A stretch of DNA of 64,000 nt, from assembly GCA_963797095.1 (NCBI GenBank), contig CAWCNY010000003.1, forward strand, positions 480,001 through 544,000, written 5' to 3'. The stretch comes from an uncultured Chloroflexia bacterium (GTDB lineage Bacteria; Chloroflexota; Chloroflexia; QHBQ01; JADMIH01). Positions within the stretch are counted from its first letter, which is position 1. Each line of letters begins with the position of its first letter. This document shows, piece by piece, positions 59,181-64,000 of the stretch. The notes beneath the pieces were generated by a model. The model saw nothing but the letters and a program-made list of their open reading frames with translations, was not told the origin of the DNA and searched no databases. The position numbers and the translations under genes were made by a program.

Positions 59181-62100
59181 TTAGGTGGTCAATGCACTCT
59201 CGGAGGTCTGAACCCATGTTGGCAGGTCCTCTTCAGTTGTGCGAAAAGAATAGATAGGTAGTTGAACATGCATAGTTGTGCCTACACCCGGAGTGCTCTC
59301 AACCCAGATGCGCCCGTCATGAGTTTCCACTATATTCTTGCATATAGCCAGCCCGAGGCCCTGGCCGCGTTTGCGTCGGCTGGAATGGTTATCGGCCTGG
59401 AAGAAGCGGTCAAATATAGAATCGACCTGAGATGGCGGGATGCCGCAGCCGTTATCCCGGACACTGATAGTCACCTGATCGTCACCAACCTGGCAACTGA
59501 GGGCAATTAAGCCTCCGGGATCTGTGAACTTGGCAGCATTATCGAGCAAGTTATCGAACACCTGCTGCAAGCGTATCTCATCCCCTGTGATCATCAGGCC
59601 CTTGGGCACGACATCACTGGTAAGCACCAGATTGTCCTCTGTCATTCTGGCTGTGGCGCTGCGAATTACCCTGGTGATCAAGGTGGAGAGGTCCAGAGGC
59701 TCCATTTCCATGCGGAGGGTGCCGCTCTCAAGGCGTGAATAGTCAAGAAGGTCGCTTATCAACCGCTTGAGGACGGCCGTCTCTTGCTTGGCGGTGTTCA
59801 AGAAATCGACCTGCAAATCGCTGAGCGGGCCGGTTTTACCCGACAGAGTGATGTCAAGGAAGCCATAGATCGAGTTGAGAGGTGTGCGAAGCTCATGCGA
59901 GATCATTGAGAGGAAGTCTGATTTAGCCCTCTCATGAGCGCGCTCGGCGGTAATGTCGCGCAAAGTGAGCACCGCGCCAAAGACATCATCCTTACCACCA
60001 CCCAGGATCGGGTGGGCCGTAGCAGAATAAATGCGCAGTTCCTTATCGAGCGTAAGATCGAGGTCGATGGTTCCCGGCATGGAGTTGGTGATGCAGTCAT
60101 GCACCATCTTCAACAGATCATCATCTTTAACGAAGTTGGCAAGGGATTGCGGTTGATCTTTGTTGGTGGGCAAATCAAGCAAGCGGTTGGCAAGGTCGTT
60201 GCTGATTATCACGTTGAGATCAGCATCGGCGACCAGCACACCGTTGCTCGTAGAGAGCACAACTGCCTCGATTTCGCGCTTGCTTTCGAGAAGCTCTGAG
60301 TAAAGGCGGCTGCGTTCCAGCGCGCTGCCCGCGTGGGTAAGCAGTGTCTGGCAGAATGTGGCGTGGTTGCGTACGAATTCTTCAGGAGACATGTTGACCG
60401 TGAAGCGCATGATACCAAGTGCTTCCTCGCTACCCATTAAGCGGGCAAGCAGGACCGGCGAAGGCTCTGAGGCATCCTCCAGGCCATACGCAGGAACAGC
60501 ATACCAGTCGTTTTGTCCATCTGAGGTTTCAGATTGGGGCCGGATGTGAGCAGGATCGCTCACGAGGTCGGCCAGCATCAACCCGGGGGAGTGCAACACT
60601 TCAAACAGTACGGGGTTACCATTCGGGGATACGGTTTCAGGCCCCAGGGCCACCTGCGTCCCCCCCGTGTCTCGTTTGATTGCCTTGCCGTACCGCCGTA
60701 ACTGCTTCCGATCCTCCTCAAAGAGATATAACTCACAAGATTGGAGAGGAAGGGCATTTATTGTACCTTGCAAGGTCATATCTATGACTGTAGATGCATC
60801 GAGGGAACCCTGGACACGGGCAGCGATACTGTAGAGCATACCCGACTGGCGCATAGACCTCACGGTGGCCTCAAACAACTCGGTTCTTTCAAGAGCGACC
60901 GTGCTGTGCGAAATGGCCAGGCGAACCATTTCTTTGGTTTCTTCCTCGACAGGGGGATCGGCCTTGGGCTCGATCACAAGCAAGCCATAAATACGATTTG
61001 AGTTAGAGAGCGGAATGGTTACGCAATTGTTGCAGCCAAACGTATCCTTCACCTGCTGAGGAGCATTCGGTATCAGGAGGAGGTCAAGCGGTTCTGCTTC
61101 GATTAGTGAAGCGAGGGTACTGCTCATGAAAAGATCCCCGTGCATATTTAATGCTATGCCGGAAGCATCCTTGCGTGCCCATTCACCATCAGTGGCCCAG
61201 ACAGTGATCTGCGATTGCTCGTAATCCTCCATCAGAAGGGCCGCCGATTTGGCGCTCGTGATCTTACGCAGCTCTCTAACCACCACTGTTGCCAATTCTC
61301 CGCGGTCATGTGCGCTATTAACGCTGAGCATCAGGCGATACAGAGCCGTGGTCTGCTCTTGCTGAGAGATAACCTGGCTAAACAGCCTGGCCTTAAGGAT
61401 AGCGATGGTGGCGGCATCGGCCAGTTTCTCGATAGCATCAAGCTCCTCTGTGCTAAATGGAGTGGCTTCTTTGCGGGCCAGCAGGATACAACCGAGAGAT
61501 TCATTATCGTTAACCAGCCGGAAACTGAGCAGTGACATCCCGTCTGACCGCCAGCGAAACACGCGAGGTTGGCTTGCATCCTCCCACCATTCCAGGGCAG
61601 GCATACCTTCACGCAACTCAAGGCTAGCCGCGTGTGGGCCCTCTCCGCCTAAAGCTGATAGCTGTAGCTCGCCTGTGCGTTCATTGCGCAGGTAGATAAG
61701 AGCGTGATCGAAACTGACCAACTCGCCCATGCGTGGAATGATCGTGTCAAGTATCAGGGGCAGGTCGAGGCTGCCCAGTACGCTCTGAGTTACCACATTG
61801 AGACCGGTGATCAACTCCTCGCGCCGCTTAAGCTCATTGCGCTGGCGAGTTGTCTCGGCCAGCAACTGGCTCTTGTAGACGGCCAGGGTCGCCTGCTCGG
61901 CGAAGCTGGTTATCAGACGCTGGTCATCCTCGGTCAAAGCGTTCGGGAGGGAGTGGGTGACGGACAAGGCTCCGATTACCCGTTGCTCAATGATCAAAGG
62001 AGCGCAAAGCATACTACGCGTGCGCCGCCCCACAAACCCGTCATTATCGAGACTGATATAGCGAGGATCGACCGACACATCTTGTATCAACGCAGGTCGC

Positions 62101-63188
62101 CCATGCTGTATGACCCAGCCTGCCACGCCAACGCCGGGCAGGAAATGCCGCCCCTTCAATTGGGAGCTGTCAATGCCGGTCGCGCAACGAATGACCAGGT
62201 CGCCCGATTGTTCGTCAATCAGCCCTATCGTGCTCTGTTCGGCCTTCAAGACTCGTACAGCGTTGTTCACAATCATGTTAAGCAGGTCATCAAGTTCTAT
62301 GGCGGAATTGATGGCTTTGATGCTGCTTTGAAGCAGGTTGAGGCTCAGCACCTGCACCGACAAGACGCCGGCATCATGCTCGGCCTGCATACGAGCCTCT
62401 TCCAGCAGCCTCGAGACCTCTGCACCCTGTTCTTTGCCACGCAATCTGGTAAGGTAGCCCAGGATCAAGAAGGAAACTACGACAATGAGGACTTCGACCT
62501 GTTGCACGAGTGGCCATTTGAAGTCGATAGAGCCGAAAAAGCGGTAAATATCAAACAGCGCGCCCGCAAGCCCGGCGGTGAGCACAACAACAGGGGTGAA
62601 CTTCCCCATTAATTGCCCCAACAGTCTTGTGCTTGCCAGGGCCAACAGTACCGCCAGCAGCAGCCTCGTGTTCGGTATATATAATAGAAACACCCCCAAA
62701 GCGAAGATCAGGTCAAATGCAGGGTTGAGGAGCACCAGCAGTCGCTTACCACGCCAAATTGGCGTATCCAGAAAAGTCGATACACCTCGAATGCTCAGCA
62801 TCCCGTAAACGAGATTTAGCAAGATGCCAAAGGTGTAAAAGAGTAGGAGAATAACCCGCTCATAGAGGGTGCCGCTATTGCTAGTACCACTGGTCGACAG
62901 GGCTGATACCCCTAGTGCCAGCACAACGAGCATAAAGGGCACATCGAACCAGAGATTACTGCCAAAGGCTTGCGGCCAAGTTCCAGATGCTGAGTCAGGT
63001 TTGCCCACCCGACTAAGTACAGAACCATGTTGGGTAGAGACAACTAACCCTTGGCTCTCCCACAAAGGTGATTGTTTATTTCTTCCTTGCAATTTGAGCC
63101 CCCGATTCCTATTATTGCCCGATCTCGAAGCCCTGCGAAATATATACCTGAAGACCTTGAGAACCATGCGCCCTAAAACTCGCTGCAT
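59181..63188 (-). CDS. Membrane sensor kinase with multiple GAF domains, PAS, HisKA and HATPase
   Basis: TM cluster; GVGVAGWV GAF; [12 protein letters not shown]; NLLDNAAKF; DNGCGI; GLGLAI; start uncertain. Confidence 0.9.
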   Translation of the reverse strand: MQRVLGRMVLKVFRYIFRRASRSGNNRNRGLKLQGRNKQSPLWESQGLVVSTQHGSVLSRVGKPDSASGTWPQAFGSNLWFDVPFMLVVLALGVSALSTSGTSNSGTLYERVILLLFYTFGILLNLVYGMLSIRGVSTFLDTPIWRGKRLLVLLNPAFDLIFALGVFLLYIPNTRLLLAVLLALASTRLLGQLMGKFTPVVVLTAGLAGALFDIYRFFGSIDFKWPLVQQVEVLIVVVSFLILGYLTRLRGKEQGAEVSRLLEEARMQAEHDAGVLSVQVLSLNLLQSSIKAINSAIELDDLLNMIVNNAVRVLKAEQSTIGLIDEQSGDLVIRCATGIDSSQLKGRHFLPGVGVAGWVIQHGRPALIQDVSVDPRYISLDNDGFVGRRTRSMLCAPLIIEQRVIGALSVTHSLPNALTEDDQRLITSFAEQATLAVYKSQLLAETTRQRNELKRREELITGLNVVTQSVLGSLDLPLILDTIIPRMGELVSFDHALIYLRNERTGELQLSALGGEGPHAASLELREGMPALEWWEDASQPRVFRWRSDGMSLLSFRLVNDNESLGCILLARKEATPFSTEELDAIEKLADAATIAILKARLFSQVISQQEQTTALYRLMLSVNSAHDRGELATVVVRELRKITSAKSAALLMEDYEQSQITVWATDGEWARKDASGIALNMHGDLFMSSTLASLIEAEPLDLLLIPNAPQQVKDTFGCNNCVTIPLSNSNRIYGLLVIEPKADPPVEEETKEMVRLAISHSTVALERTELFEATVRSMRQSGMLYSIAARVQGSLDASTVIDMTLQGTINALPLQSCELYLFEEDRKQLRRYGKAIKRDTGGTQVALGPETVSPNGNPVLFEVLHSPGLMLADLVSDPAHIRPQSETSDGQNDWYAVPAYGLEDASEPSPVLLARLMGSEEALGIMRFTVNMSPEEFVRNHATFCQTLLTHAGSALERSRLYSELLESKREIEAVVLSTSNGVLVADADLNVIISNDLANRLLDLPTNKDQPQSLANFVKDDDLLKMVHDCITNSMPGTIDLDLTLDKELRIYSATAHPILGGGKDDVFGAVLTLRDITAERAHERAKSDFLSMISHELRTPLNSIYGFLDITLSGKTGPLSDLQVDFLNTAKQETAVLKRLISDLLDYSRLESGTLRMEMEPLDLSTLITRVIRSATARMTEDNLVLTSDVVPKGLMITGDEIRLQQVFDNLLDNAAKFTDPGGLIALSCQVGDDQVTISVRDNGCGIPPSQVDSIFDRFFQADNHSSRRKRGQGLGLAICKNIVETHDGRIWVESTPGVGTTMHVQLPIYSFRTTEEDLPTWVQTSESALTT

Positions 63189-63864
63189 ACTTGCAGCACT
63201 TGCAAAGTAAGAACCACGGACGTGTACTAATCATCCAATCGTCAAAGCCAGGCATCAAAGCCGGGCAGACTGTAATGAAAGAATACAAGCCAATTCTTAC
63301 AATGTGATGAAAAATGGCCGATTCCACTATCCGTAAGCCCAGAATCGCTGCAAGAACGTAGTTAATCGACCTATTTTGCCTGCGCGACGGGCGGGTTGCA
63401 CTTTCAGGGAATGGAAAGACCAGCGATCCGAGAGAAGCTTAACACTGACCTGCGGGCTTCTCCAGGCTGCCACTTCATCTCAAGAAGTAGCCCCTAATTG
63501 TAACAGACAAATATGATAGAAATCAATGGCCCTTTTCCCCAACACTGGTCTTTATGAACAGGAGCGGGCTGTACAGCGAGCCGCAGCCGGTTGCACGCTG
63601 GGCTTCCAGCACAAAAATGGAGGAGAATTGTTTCGCACGGACATAAGTGCTTACAAGCCTGTAAGAAGATGCCCGCTCGCAATAATATAAAGTCGCTCAA
63701 TCGAAGCGGGTCCCTGACAAAGCTGTAACCATACCCTCATCGGCAATTCAGTGCCTATATAGCCCACGCTGGTATATTCTTCAGTAGGCACCGGAGTATT
63801 GGGGCATCCCTATTCCCTGGTATGCACACGAAATCATAATATTTCAAAAGCAGGACCTCAAAAG

Positions 63865-64000
63865 TTGAAGCTATACATCGAATCGGCGCTAAGGATCAAA
63901 GGGCGCTTAATAATTTGCGCCCTATTAGTGGCAATTCTGGCCTGGGGCGCTCTCTACATGACAAAAGCTGGTGATTATACCTCATCGGCCACCGTGTGGG
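63865..64000 (+). CDS. 5' end of a probable Wzz/chain-length-determinant-like membrane protein (not in the ORF track)
   Basis: TTG start after AGGA; reads MKLYIESALRIKGRLIICALLVAILAWGALYMTKAGDYTSSATVW and stays open to the edge. Confidence 0.45.
   Translation, partial: MKLYIESALRIKGRLIICALLVAILAWGALYMTKAGDYTSSATVW

Noticed and set aside
63715-63989. Two similar ~30-bp segments TGACAAA(A)GCTG...ATAC(C)CTCATCGGC at 63715-63744 and 63959-63989
   Set aside because: Needs gaps, only two copies, and the second lies in a probable CDS; chance cannot be excluded

Overview
A 64-kb, gene-dense, GC-rich bacterial chromosomal segment. The gene content suggests Chloroflexota, but that is inference only. 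Main content: a SAM-I-riboswitch-led methyl-cycle run (mtnA, PfkB/adenosine kinase, receiver protein, ahcY, MBL hydrolase, metK) followed by GDP-sugar genes; a degraded ISAs1 element just upstream of that promoter; a form II CoxSLM-like molybdo-flavoenzyme cluster with coxD/coxE; a split-barrel/MenA-like fusion; a cysteine-free, thioester-less alpha-2-macroglobulin; several two-component systems; a MerR-VWA pair; an orphan pstS; and a NADAR pseudogene. The most unusual signals are mostly non-coding: (i) about ten different heptamer tandem arrays that sit at gene junctions, often as inverted pairs, and also run into protein sequences; (ii) three independent +1 frameshifts that all fall on the same CGAACTCG octamer, probably a DNA-modification-linked sequencing signature; (iii) a ~72-bp repeat in inverted orientation bracketing a 9.2-kb block. 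No rRNA, tRNA or CRISPR array was seen. All calls are by eye, with no database search.
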